This document shows positions 30,788 to 40,500 of a DNA stretch of 64,000 nt, in pieces. Position 1 is the first letter of the stretch; every line of letters begins with the position of its first letter. The DNA is taken from assembly GCA_910580135.1 (NCBI GenBank), contig CAJTXC010000001.1:2425-66424 (forward strand), in the 5' to 3' direction. Position numbers and translations under genes: made by a program. The DNA is from an uncultured Bacilli bacterium (GTDB lineage Bacteria; Bacillota_I; Bacilli_A; RF39; UBA660). Under the pieces are notes generated by a model, which saw only the letters and a list, made by a program, of their open reading frames with translations, was not told the origin of the DNA and ran no database searches.

Positions 30788-31083
30788 TTAGGTCTAAGAA
30801 AGCTATTGCTGCTATATTTAGACAAATAGTAGATAAAATAGAAGCAGGTACTTGTGAAGTTGATGATAGAGAGTTAACTGAAATTGCTAATACATTAGTT
30901 CATCGCAAACTTAATGCAGAACAACTCGCTCATCATCTTGGAGTATCTCGTTCTACTATTACTCGTATGGTTACTGATGGTAGAATACCTCATCCTCGTA
31001 AAACTCTTGGTGGAGATAAATATTGGTGGCAAGATGAAGTTGAAAATCATATAGCCGATTATAATGCAAAATATGGCTTGTAG
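30784..31083 (+). CDS. AlpA/Xis-family helix-turn-helix DNA-binding protein
   Basis: 99 aa; EQLAHHLGVSRSTITRMVTDGRIPHPRKTLGGDKYWWQDEVENHI matches the AlpA-family HTH (LGVSRSTIxRxxxxGxFP ... W...E...WI). Confidence 0.55.
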   Translation: MIRSKKAIAAIFRQIVDKIEAGTCEVDDRELTEIANTLVHRKLNAEQLAHHLGVSRSTITRMVTDGRIPHPRKTLGGDKYWWQDEVENHIADYNAKYGL

Positions 31084-31117
31084 GCTTTCATAGAAGCTCT
31101 CAGAGCGTTGCAAATTT

Positions 31118-31163
31118 GCCGTCTGTCTAATTCATTGATAATTAGGCAGACGGCTTTATTTTG
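31118..31163 (+). terminator. strong rho-independent terminator
   Basis: 15-bp stem GCCGTCTGTCTAATT / AATTAGGCAGACGGC (one G-U) with a 7-nt loop, then TTTATTTT. Confidence 0.7.
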
Positions 31164-31195
31164 ACCAAAATAATGTGAACTATTCATTAGTGCTG

Positions 31196-31203
31196 TAACT
31201 TTG
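31196..31203 (+). promoter_or_regulatory. candidate Bacteroides -7 box (TAACTTTG)
   Basis: exact TAnnTTTG 60 nt upstream of the ATG at 31264 and just after the terminator; no TTTG at the canonical -33 spacing. Confidence 0.25.
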
Positions 31204-31263
31204 CATCGTACAAATACCGGTAAAGTACATTTAAGTATTAACAATTTAATTAAACAAAGTTTT

Positions 31264-32253
31264 ATGAGTACTAATGAAGTATTTATGATTCCTGACAACC
31301 GTGGTGGTCAGAATAGTTTTGACCCTAATCTTCTTCTTGCCTCTATGATGAATGGCAATAACGGATTTGGTGGTAATGGTAGTTGGATGTGGGTAATCTT
31401 CCTCTTCTTCCTTTATCCTCTTATGCGTAATGGTGGTCTTTGGGGCAATAATGGTTTTGGCGGTGATGGCAACCTCGGTAGTCTTGGTAATCTTGTAAAC
31501 AATGATGCAGGTCGTGAACTTCTTATGCAGGCTATCAATGGTAACAATGCTGCTATTCGTGACCTTGCTAGTATGACAGGCGCTCAGACTTCTGCTATCC
31601 AGCAAGCTATCTGTTCTGTTAACAATTCTATTACTGGTCTTAGCGGTCAGGTTGGTATGAGTGGTCAGCAGATTATTAATTCTATTCAGCAAGGTAATAT
31701 GGGTCTTGCTTCTCAACTTGCTCAGTGCTGCTGCGACCTTCGTACTGCTGTTACTACAGGAAATTACGAAAATCAGATTGCTACACTTAATCAGACTAAT
31801 ACTCTTCAGAGTGGTCAGAACTTTATTAATCGTTCTATTGAGCGGGGTTTCTCTGATACTGCTTATGCTTTCCGTGACCAAACTTGTCAGATTGGTTCTG
31901 CTATTCAAGGTAGCACTCAGGCTCTCAAAGATGCTGGTACTGTTCAGACAAATTCTATTCTTAGCAAACTTACTGAAATGCAAAATGATGCTAAGCAAGC
32001 TAAGATTGACTCTCTGCAAGAAGCTAATTCTACACTTCGTACACAGATTAACATTGAACATCAGAACGCCCTTACTCAGCAAGCAATTGCTGCTGCTGTA
32101 GCTCCTATAAATGCTCAGCTTGCAGAAATTAAATGTGCTCAACCTAATACTGTAACTGTTCCTTACTATCCTTTTAGTATTCAGCCTAATTGTGGTTGCA
32201 CTCATAACTACAATAATGGTTGTGGTTCATGTCAAAATCAATTTTGGTATTAA
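31264..32253 (+). CDS. membrane-anchored Q/N-rich coiled-coil protein with C-terminal Cys cluster
   Basis: the track start 31201 is a TTG and the first ATG is 31264; TM helix WMWVIFLFFLYPLM flanked by two copies of GNNGFGG[ND]G (a 33-nt direct repeat, 31351-31383 and 31443-31475); C-terminal CGCTHNYNNGCGSC; high-expression codon usage. Confidence 0.45.
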   Translation: MSTNEVFMIPDNRGGQNSFDPNLLLASMMNGNNGFGGNGSWMWVIFLFFLYPLMRNGGLWGNNGFGGDGNLGSLGNLVNNDAGRELLMQAINGNNAAIRDLASMTGAQTSAIQQAICSVNNSITGLSGQVGMSGQQIINSIQQGNMGLASQLAQCCCDLRTAVTTGNYENQIATLNQTNTLQSGQNFINRSIERGFSDTAYAFRDQTCQIGSAIQGSTQALKDAGTVQTNSILSKLTEMQNDAKQAKIDSLQEANSTLRTQINIEHQNALTQQAIAAAVAPINAQLAEIKCAQPNTVTVPYYPFSIQPNCGCTHNYNNGCGSCQNQFWY

Positions 32254-32272
32254 TCTTTAAATAACTAAAGTT

Positions 32273-32593
32273 ATGGCAGAATGTTTTAATGGATACATTG
32301 GCAATCGAGGTGGTATTCCTATAGTAGAAGCTGCTCAATCAAGTGCTGGTAGTGCAACTACTAATGCTATTTATACTCTTCCTTGCCATGTCTTTGGAAA
32401 AGGTTGTAAAGGTATTATAGTAGTTAATTTCCTTGGAGCAACAGCTGCTACTGTAACAGGAGTTACTCTCTCAGTAAGCGGTTCAACACGTGAACTTCTT
32501 TCAAGTGCAGGAGAGGCTCTTACTACTCTTACAACTGGATACCATATAATTGTATTTGATAAACCTAATAACCGATTAAATTTGATAGTATAA
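32273..32593 (+). CDS. hypothetical protein
   Basis: 106 aa, Gly/Ala/Thr-rich. Confidence 0.4.
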   Translation: MAECFNGYIGNRGGIPIVEAAQSSAGSATTNAIYTLPCHVFGKGCKGIIVVNFLGATAATVTGVTLSVSGSTRELLSSAGEALTTLTTGYHIIVFDKPNNRLNLIV

Positions 32594-32594
32594 T

Positions 32595-33107
32595 ATGTTT
32601 TCAGCATTAAGTCAAGGTAGTCCTATCTATATTATTGATAAGACTGATGGTCTAAAATATAAAACAGGAGAAGTTGTTGGTGTTGTTCAAGGAAATGCTT
32701 TTGGTGGTACATTTGGTACTGCATCTTTTGCTCCTAATGGCACTGTCACTCTTAAAGTTAAAGTAGACAATAACGTTATAGATTATCCTGAAGTTCCTAT
32801 CAATGGTTCTGTAATGACTTACAACAATGGTGCTACTATTGTTTGCGAAACAAAACAAGGATTAATCTCAGAGTTGGAAAATACTCTTCAACAGACTAAA
32901 CAAATACTTGCAGACCGTCCTAAATATGAACAAATTGTAAGTGATTGTGAAAGTCTTCTTAAAGAGATAAATCCTGTATTTGCTAAGGATAAAGAACGTG
33001 ATGATAGAATAAATAGTTTAGATACTAAAGTTACAAGTATGGAAGGAAAACTTGATAAAATTCTGAACGTATTGTCTTCTAATAACAATCCTAATATTAA
33101 ATTGTAA
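32595..33107 (+). CDS. hypothetical protein with C-terminal coiled coil
   Basis: 170 aa; contains KTGEVVGVV and an amphipathic helical C-terminus. Confidence 0.4.
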   Translation: MFSALSQGSPIYIIDKTDGLKYKTGEVVGVVQGNAFGGTFGTASFAPNGTVTLKVKVDNNVIDYPEVPINGSVMTYNNGATIVCETKQGLISELENTLQQTKQILADRPKYEQIVSDCESLLKEINPVFAKDKERDDRINSLDTKVTSMEGKLDKILNVLSSNNNPNIKL

Positions 33108-33110
33108 GTT

Positions 33111-33350
33111 ATGTATTTAGTTATAAAAAGAGAAAAATCTGAGCATCTTAAACATAAAGTTCATGAACTGAAAGAACTTGCTTGTGATGTTCTTGAATGT
33201 CTTGAAGAGGCTTACTCTGAGAGTCATGAAAGTGAAAGTCGTGAACGTAGTCGTCGCGAAGATAGATATGAACCTCGTAGACGTCATGATGATTATGATG
33301 ATTATGAGCGTGATGAAGCTCGTGGTCGTGGTGGTCGAGGACGCTACTAA
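33111..33350 (+). CDS. small highly charged Arg/Asp/Glu-rich protein
   Basis: 79 aa; ERSRREDRYEPRRRHDDYDDYERDEARGRGGRGRY; last gene before a strong terminator. Confidence 0.4.
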   Translation: MYLVIKREKSEHLKHKVHELKELACDVLECLEEAYSESHESESRERSRREDRYEPRRRHDDYDDYERDEARGRGGRGRY

Positions 33351-33365
33351 TCTAATAATTCTAAT

Positions 33366-33400
33366 GGGAGAGGAGAACAATCTCCTCTCCTTTTAATTTT
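33366..33400 (+). terminator. rho-independent terminator
   Basis: 9-bp GC-rich stem GGAGAGGAG / CTCCTCTCC with a 6-nt loop, then TTTTAATTTTT. Confidence 0.65.
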
Positions 33401-33407
33401 TAATGAT

Positions 33408-33830
33408 ATGAAAAGAGATAGTCTTGATATATACGACGATATGCCTGAAGATATGAAACATTATCTTCGTTATAATGGTAGGCATTTTAATAGAAAACTA
33501 TGTGATTTTGCAATAAGTCAAATGTCATCTACCAACCCTTCTACGGGGGAGGTGGTTCATGTAGTTAAACTTGATAAAGAAGCTGTAGATGCTCTTCTTA
33601 AAACATATCGAATTGAAATTAAGAATAATCAACTTTATGATTATGTATATGTTGCAAATATGTGTAAAGCTGATTTTCTTGGTAGAAGTGTACCTGATGA
33701 ACAACATCTCTGTTTATATATTAAAGATGTGATAGATGATGTAGACGGTTATGATGGTCTTGTGTTTAATCGTTGGTATGCTGATATGTGTAGAAGTGGT
33801 GTTGCAATAGATTGGGAAGCGATGTTATAA
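33408..33830 (+). CDS. hypothetical protein
   Basis: 140 aa; contains a GC-motif copy (NPSTGEVV). Confidence 0.4.
   Translation: MKRDSLDIYDDMPEDMKHYLRYNGRHFNRKLCDFAISQMSSTNPSTGEVVHVVKLDKEAVDALLKTYRIEIKNNQLYDYVYVANMCKADFLGRSVPDEQHLCLYIKDVIDDVDGYDGLVFNRWYADMCRSGVAIDWEAML
33534..33557 (+). repeat. GC-motif copy 8 (AACCCTTCTACGGGGGAGGTGGTT)
   Basis: inside ORF 33408..33830, read as NPSTGEVV. Confidence 0.8.
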
Positions 33831-33868
33831 TTAGTTAGTTGTTAATAAGATTGATGTTAATTTTAAGT

Positions 33869-33912
33869 ATAGTAGTAGTAATTGTGAAATTGCTACTACT
33901 ATTGTTTTATAT
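33869..33912 (+). terminator. rho-independent terminator
   Basis: 15-bp stem ATAGTAGTAGTAATT / AATTGCTACTACTAT (one G-U) with a 4-nt loop, then TTGTTTTAT. Confidence 0.6.
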
Positions 33913-33960
33913 GATTATAAAGATGATGTAGATAATAGAAAAGTTAAAAATATATAAAAA

Positions 33961-33992
33961 TTTGGCTTATTTGAGAATTTTTTATAAGTTTG
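33961..33992 (+). promoter_or_regulatory. Bacteroides-type promoter (-33 TTTG / -7 TAAGTTTG)
   Basis: TTTG at 33961-33964 and TAAGTTTG at 33985-33992, spacing 20 nt, 43 nt upstream of the ATG at 34035. Confidence 0.45.
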
Positions 33993-34034
33993 TCAATAAT
34001 AATAAGAGATATATTAAAAGTAAAGCTAATCATA

Positions 34035-34352
34035 ATGGAAGAAGCAATATCTACAATAGTTAATAACACAATAAATAGTTTTGACTTTCCTTTTTGTATT
34101 ACAGTAAATATAGCTACTTATATTACAATTAAGACTATTACTGATTATAAAAAGAAAAGTAAAGTTAGTACTTGGAATAAACGTCTTATATTTCTTATTA
34201 TAAGTGCTATTATTTCTACTATTTATTGTCTTACAGGAAGTGATATTAAAACAATCTTTAATAGTTTTATTCTTGCTCCTGTGTCTTGGTCTTGGATATT
34301 CAAACCTATATGTGATAAACTTAATATTGGTTATAACGCTAAACTTAATTAA
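34035..34352 (+). CDS. small two-helix membrane protein (holin-like candidate)
   Basis: the track ORF 33990 begins at a TTG and the first ATG is 34035 (106 aa); two hydrophobic helices; very AT-rich. Confidence 0.3.
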   Translation: MEEAISTIVNNTINSFDFPFCITVNIATYITIKTITDYKKKSKVSTWNKRLIFLIISAIISTIYCLTGSDIKTIFNSFILAPVSWSWIFKPICDKLNIGYNAKLN

Positions 34353-34496
34353 AATATTAATGTTAAGTTATTCCATATATTTTTATTCGGTTTCAGCCAG
34401 TCTAATTTAATAGTGATTAAGACATTAGACAATAATACAAAATGGAAATTAGGCTATCCCCTGCGCGTCAGAGAGCCTATCACATATTAAATAAAT

Positions 34497-34518
34497 GCGC
34501 TCCCCCGTAGAAAGGTTG
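34497..34518 (-). repeat. GC-motif copy 9 (reverse complement CAACCTTTCTACGGGGGAGCGC), intergenic
   Basis: 108 bp upstream of the HNH gene; a partial CGGGGGAG copy lies at 34584-34596. Confidence 0.8.
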
Positions 34519-34625
34519 TGAAACTTAATTGTTATTATTAAGGTGTTAGTATAATAATTAGTAAGTGTACTATTAATCAACCTAATCGGGGGAGTGTTCT
34601 TAATAATAAAATCAATAGTAAATGT

Positions 34626-35168
34626 ATGAATAAATTTAATTTTGGAGTAGGAACTCCAACAAAAGGAATTATAGATAGTTCTTTTGTTCCTATAAAATAT
34701 AATAATAATTATAAAATAAATAATAAAGGAGTCATAATAAATAAGAATAATATTGTTTGTAAACCTTTTGTTAATAATAGTGGTTATTATTGTATTGGAC
34801 TATGGGAAAACAATGTCAAAACTACTTATTGTGTTCATAAACTTGTTGCTGAACATTTTATGAATAATTACGATGATAGTTTAGATATAGACCATATAGA
34901 TAATAATAAATTAAATAATGATATAAATAATTTACAATTAATAACTCATAGAGAAAATTGTAAGAAAAGACTAACTCCAAATATTTATAATGTTACTTTT
35001 GAAGGAAATATTATAAAACAATATAAATCAATAAGAGAAGCAGCAAACGATTTACATATAGGATATAACGGTTTAAGAGAATTACTTTCTAATATTAATG
35101 ATGAAAGTGTTATAATTAAAGTTTATAGTAAAATAAATAAAACTTATTTATATTTTAAGAGATATTAA
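34626..35168 (+). CDS. HNH homing endonuclease (AP2/HNH_3-like) with C-terminal NUMOD-like HTH
   Basis: 180 aa; VHKLVAEHFMNNYDDSLDIDHIDNNKLNNDINNLQLITHRENC (His-Asn-His core) plus a C-terminal IKQYKSIREAANDLHIGYNGLRELL DNA-binding helix; AT-rich, free-standing between structural genes. Confidence 0.7.
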   Translation: MNKFNFGVGTPTKGIIDSSFVPIKYNNNYKINNKGVIINKNNIVCKPFVNNSGYYCIGLWENNVKTTYCVHKLVAEHFMNNYDDSLDIDHIDNNKLNNDINNLQLITHRENCKKRLTPNIYNVTFEGNIIKQYKSIREAANDLHIGYNGLRELLSNINDESVIIKVYSKINKTYLYFKRY

Positions 35169-35170
35169 TT

Positions 35171-35857
35171 ATGGCGTCAATATCAATGTTAGTGTCGGAA
35201 TTTGCACATTCTCTAAAAAGTCCTAATAATAAAGCTCTCAGAGAAAATATTAAACTTCTTATAGTTCATACACGTAACGAGATTATTCGTAGAAGTTATG
35301 AAAATCACGGTTATGTAGATAAAGGTCTTGTTCAAAGATTTAAAGTTAGTCTTACTGATGTTTATGATGGAGAGATAACTCTCCCAGAAGGTTGTGAGGA
35401 TATAGATATTACAAAGATTAAGCGTAGTCTTCAAAAAGTTCCTACTCCTGTTAGACTTACAAATAATCTTCCTTTTGATAGAATTAGTTCTGTAGGATAT
35501 AGAACATCAAGAGAATTTCCTTTTATTAAGGAAACTACTGCTCGTTTTAGAAGTTCTGTTCCTGGACTTTGTGGTATGCCTTGTTACGATTATATAAATG
35601 GTTATATTTATATATTTCCTACAGATAATAAAACTTTTGATATTAATCAAATAGTTATAGAGTCTGCTTTTGAACATCCTACTGAAATTCAAATCGCTAA
35701 TAACGAAGTTGATAGTATGGATGTTCTTATGGATGAAAATGAATTTCTTTTGTCTGAAGATATGATTGGACAACTTAAAGAAATCATATATAAGCGAGAT
35801 TTACTTAGTACTATTCGTGAAACTAATGAAATTCCAGATACTGTAAAGTTTAATTAA
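35171..35857 (+). CDS. hypothetical (virion/tail module) protein
   Basis: 228 aa. Confidence 0.4.
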   Translation: MASISMLVSEFAHSLKSPNNKALRENIKLLIVHTRNEIIRRSYENHGYVDKGLVQRFKVSLTDVYDGEITLPEGCEDIDITKIKRSLQKVPTPVRLTNNLPFDRISSVGYRTSREFPFIKETTARFRSSVPGLCGMPCYDYINGYIYIFPTDNKTFDINQIVIESAFEHPTEIQIANNEVDSMDVLMDENEFLLSEDMIGQLKEIIYKRDLLSTIRETNEIPDTVKFN

Positions 35858-35858
35858 T

Positions 35859-36803
35859 ATGGCAATTAAAGAAATACCTACTAACTTTAGAGTATATTAT
35901 AAATTGTTTATTGAAGACAATAAACAAAAACTTGAAGATGCTCTTAAACAAAAAGAAGATTTAGAAGAATCTGTTAGAGTTAAGCATATTACTATTTCTG
36001 CATGGAAAGATATTTATGAAACCCAGTTTAATATAAAATTAGATGATTATATAGAGTTTAAAAGAAATACATATATTACAGGAAGTTTTTATAGAATGGC
36101 TAAAGGTCTACTTATAAATAAACAAAATAATTATGAACTTATAGCTGATTCTTTTAATCTTTTCGATTTAGCTGATACTCAAAAACAATTAGATAATTGT
36201 ATTCAACGTATCACCTTTTATAAGAAATGTATCAAACTAACTCTTAAAGAATATACTGAAATTCTTAGAGTTTATTATACTGAAGTTCATAAGAAACTTA
36301 TTCTTGAAGGACAAGGATATGCTTTTAGTAATGGTATAGGTTGGATTTGTGTTAATCGTTGTCTTTTTGATAAACGACATCCAATGCTTGATTATGCTGC
36401 TACTAAAAAGAAAGAGAAAGAACTTAGAGAAAAAGGTGAACGTATTTATGATAAAGAAGAAGCTGAATGGTGTGCTCGTAATGGATTAGAATACGATGGT
36501 AAAGATAAAAGAGTATTTGTTTGCAATGAATATTGTTATCAAATTCCTCTTATAGATTGTAAACTTCCAGGTAGTAATCATCTTAAATTAGAAATAGGGG
36601 ATTATAGACATAGAAGTTTGCGTGGAAAGAGTAATGATGAAATTATAGAAATGTGTAATAGTGATACAAAGAAAATTTGTGAACTTCCATTAGATTTAAA
36701 AACTAAAGTTACTCTTTGTGACAAAGCTGATAAAATTTTATATACTAAATTTATAAGAAATGAAAATCAAAAACCAATTACCTTTAGCAAGACTAATAGG
36801 TAA
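35859..36803 (+). CDS. hypothetical protein
   Basis: 314 aa; 3' end overlaps the next ORF by 44 nt. Confidence 0.4.
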   Translation: MAIKEIPTNFRVYYKLFIEDNKQKLEDALKQKEDLEESVRVKHITISAWKDIYETQFNIKLDDYIEFKRNTYITGSFYRMAKGLLINKQNNYELIADSFNLFDLADTQKQLDNCIQRITFYKKCIKLTLKEYTEILRVYYTEVHKKLILEGQGYAFSNGIGWICVNRCLFDKRHPMLDYAATKKKEKELREKGERIYDKEEAEWCARNGLEYDGKDKRVFVCNEYCYQIPLIDCKLPGSNHLKLEIGDYRHRSLRGKSNDEIIEMCNSDTKKICELPLDLKTKVTLCDKADKILYTKFIRNENQKPITFSKTNR

Positions 36804-37506
36804 AATAGATAATGATTTTAATATAAGTGAATCTGATTGGATTCCGCGAGTAGCTGCTTGGACTATTGATGCACTATCTCAAATGCAAGTTCTACCAATG
36901 GAAAGAAAGCGTAGAAAACTTGAAGTTAGTAATAGAATTGCACAATTTCCTTGTACTATAAACGCTACTGAACTTAAAGTCTATGATAAAAATGGTTGTG
37001 AAATACAAGAACTTAATAGTATAAATTCTTGTGGTTGTAGTAAATCTGGTAAAACTACTCCACAAGAAATTGCTGTTATAGATGACACCAATAAAACAGG
37101 AGTAAACTTTATGAAAGTTGGAACTATTGCAGTAAATGGTGGTAATCGTAATTTTGTTCTTGATGGAAATAATATTGAACTTAGCTTTGATACAGATGAA
37201 ATTGAAGTAGAAACTTATGAAACTGCTACTTATTTTGATGAATATTATCAATGTGAAGTTCCTTATATTTACGATAATGGAATATTGCTTGAAGCTCTTG
37301 CTTGGTATGTTTTATTTAAATATTTAAGTAGAGGTAGTAAGCATCAAGTTTACAGTCTTGCAAGTAATAGTCCAGTTACTAATCCTTATCTACAATGGAA
37401 TGTTCTTAGACCTAAAGCTATGGCTGCTGTTAAAATAGCAATTAATAATAGTCATGATGGTTGGAATAATTTCTTTTATAATAGTACATTTCTTCCAAGA
37501 GGTTAA
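36760..37506 (+). CDS. hypothetical protein
   Basis: 248 aa; start lies inside the upstream ORF, in the +1 frame. Confidence 0.35.
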   Translation: MKIKNQLPLARLIGKIDNDFNISESDWIPRVAAWTIDALSQMQVLPMERKRRKLEVSNRIAQFPCTINATELKVYDKNGCEIQELNSINSCGCSKSGKTTPQEIAVIDDTNKTGVNFMKVGTIAVNGGNRNFVLDGNNIELSFDTDEIEVETYETATYFDEYYQCEVPYIYDNGILLEALAWYVLFKYLSRGSKHQVYSLASNSPVTNPYLQWNVLRPKAMAAVKIAINNSHDGWNNFFYNSTFLPRG

Positions 37507-37509
37507 CTT

Positions 37510-40500
37510 ATGGCACAGATAATTCCTAAATTAAATCTTAATAAAACTCCTTCTATAATAGAATCTAATAGTTTAGTATTTGCTAAAAATATCAGACTTG
37601 ATATTGATGGTTCTATTCATAAAGATTATGGGGTTTTCCCAATGAGTATTCATAAGGGAAAAAATACAGATAATCTTGTTAATTATAAAACTATTCTTAA
37701 TAGGATTATTTCTGATATAGAAGAAAGTACAAAAGGAACAGAAACTCCTGAAGATTATATTCTTCTTAGTTATGTTCATCTACAATGGATTTCTGGTAAA
37801 GAAATAAAAGATGAAGATAATAATGTAATTGCCAGTAAAGGAACTCATAAAATTGTTGGTATTATATCTAACAGTAATGAGTTCTATATCTTTATTAATG
37901 GTAATTGTGTTAGAGGTACTGATTCAAATGGTAAAGATATAACAGAAGTATATAACTTTATTATTTGTTATGACGAAAAAGAAGATAGATTTTATCCTTG
38001 TAACTGTAATTGGAATTGGTCTGGTGGAACAATAACTGGTTGTGTTATAAATAATCTTCTTGGAGAAAAGATTCTAAATATTGGAGAAAAAGATGCTACA
38101 ACATTAGTTCCTTTAAAGTGTATAAATTTAAATACATCTACTATAGGTGATGATGAAAGAATTTATACACAAACTTCTAATATTCCTATTACTAATCTTA
38201 ACTTTATAGGTTCTTTTAATTATGTTATTCCTAATGGAGTATATCAATTCTTTGTAAGATATAAAATTAGAGATAATTTTTATACTGATTGGTTTCCTGC
38301 AAGTAAAGAATTATTTGCTGGTAATAAGAATATAAATAATACAAGTTTTGGTACTGTTAAATTTGTAAATACTCATAGAGATTCTGATAATAGTTTTAAG
38401 TTTTCTGTTGAACATCTTTTCATTAATCAAAAATATAATTATCAAAGTTTCCAAATAGGTTTCATTATTTCACATGATGATGCTATAATGGCTCGTGCTT
38501 GGAAACATTTTGATTTTAATGTAAATACTATTAATTTTGATTATAATGCAAGAGATGCTTATGAAATAGAAGTTATAGATTTACTTAAGAGTGCTTATCA
38601 ACTTTATGATGTAGGTAATATTACAAGTTTTAAAAATAGACTTTATATAGCTAATTATAAAGAAACTGATTTTAATGAAGATTTACAAGATAAAGCAAAC
38701 GAAATAAGAATTGAAATTACTGACCAAAGTGCTACTAGCGGTTATGATGGTTATCCCATTATAGAACGTACTCTTAATGGAAAAACTGTTATTGCTGGTC
38801 TTAAAATAGGAGAAGAAGAACTTTCTTTTAGTGGTTCTAATGGTATAATAGATAAACTTTTAAGATTAAAAAATAATTATAATGATGAAAGTGTTAAAGA
38901 TGCTATAATAGATGCTATAGGTAGTAATTCAAGTAATGGTTATAGATGTGGTGCTAAACAATGGTCTATTCAAATTAGTGGTAATAAGCAATCTTTAACT
39001 GGTGCTCAAAATCAGTTTAGATATAGTCATTCAGGAAATGATTATAGTGGCTTTATTTTTCAAATAGCTATTCAGAATATAAAAGTAGGAGGTAGTTATA
39101 TTAATACTTTTACTATAGATGCTATTCTTTCTGCTATTTATAGTAAAACTAGATATTTAAATGAAAGTTGCATTTTCATAAATAATTCTGGAGCTGAAGA
39201 TTATCAAGTAGATATTGAAATAATAAGAAAATGTTCTTATACTCATAAACATTGGGTACCTAATGGAATGAAACCTTACGACCCAAGTTTAGGTGATGAT
39301 TATATAGATGTAAATCCAGGTGGTGATAATTTAGGAAGACCAAGTGATACTATTATTGGTGGAAGCGGTGGTCATTACGAATATACTACAGTAAATTCTA
39401 CATATACTCAAACTATTTCTCTTAGATTATGGGGAGATAGAAGTAAATATAAATCTACAGATTCTAATCTTCTTTTAGGATATACTACTCTTATTCCTTA
39501 TCAAAAATATAAATTTTATATTCATTATGTTAAACAAAATGGTGAAATAACTAATGGATATTATTGCAATGGTAGAACTGGAGGAATAAAAACTGTTCCT
39601 TATAAAAGTGCTGTTGATTCTGTTATATTTCCTAAATTTACTAATATTAATCTTCCTAAAGGATATGTAGCTTGTTTCTTTAGTATAGTTCATGTTGAAA
39701 ACACTGTTGCTACAGTATACGACATTAATACTGATAATACATACGGAGAAGCAAGTTGTATGGATATTAATGTTGGTCTTATGCCAGGAAGTGATAACAT
39801 GACTATTAAACAAGGTTTTACTTCAGCCTCTGGTGGTATAGGTGACATAGGTGGCGTAATAATAAATCCTGATTTTCCTATAATAAAAGACCCTATTATA
39901 ACTGCTAGTGAAAATAATGAAGAAGAACAATCTGATATAACACCCACTTTACCCCCAATATCAACAACTCAAACTGAAATTAAAACAAATAGTGCTAAAT
40001 ATTATTATAGTAGTGATACATCTAATATAAGATATTTTGGTGCTGACGGTATTATTCAGTTTGATAAAGATTCTAATATAGTTAGCGGAAAAGTAGCTTA
40101 TCTTGTTAATGATTATACTATATCAGATGCAGAAGATACACAATTAACTAAATGTACTCCATTTATAAATCCTCTTACTCTTTCAAAAGAGAATAATGTT
40201 ACAGTTTATTCTTCTTTTGATAATATGAATTTATTAGGATTTATTTGTGCTATAAATCCTTTGCATAGAGAAAGAACTATTAAATATTATACTGATGGTT
40301 CTTCTGTTTATCTTAAAAAAAATATAGAAGAAGCTGAAGATGGTACTGGAGCATATTTTTCTCTTGTTGAACTTAAAAATCATTTATTAGATGCTTCAAC
40401 TTATGATGAGAAACTTACAGCTTTAAGTATCATAAACACAGATATAGAATATATTTATTCTAATTATAACTTAAATTATATGGGTCTTAATGAAGACCCT

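Noticed and set aside
25814-31201. ORF-track start coordinates 25814, 30329, 31201 and 33990
   Set aside because: Each begins at TTG, not ATG, in this sequence. The first in-frame ATGs (25835; 30350, 30419 or 30443; 31264; 34035) give more plausible starts with promoters or terminators upstream.
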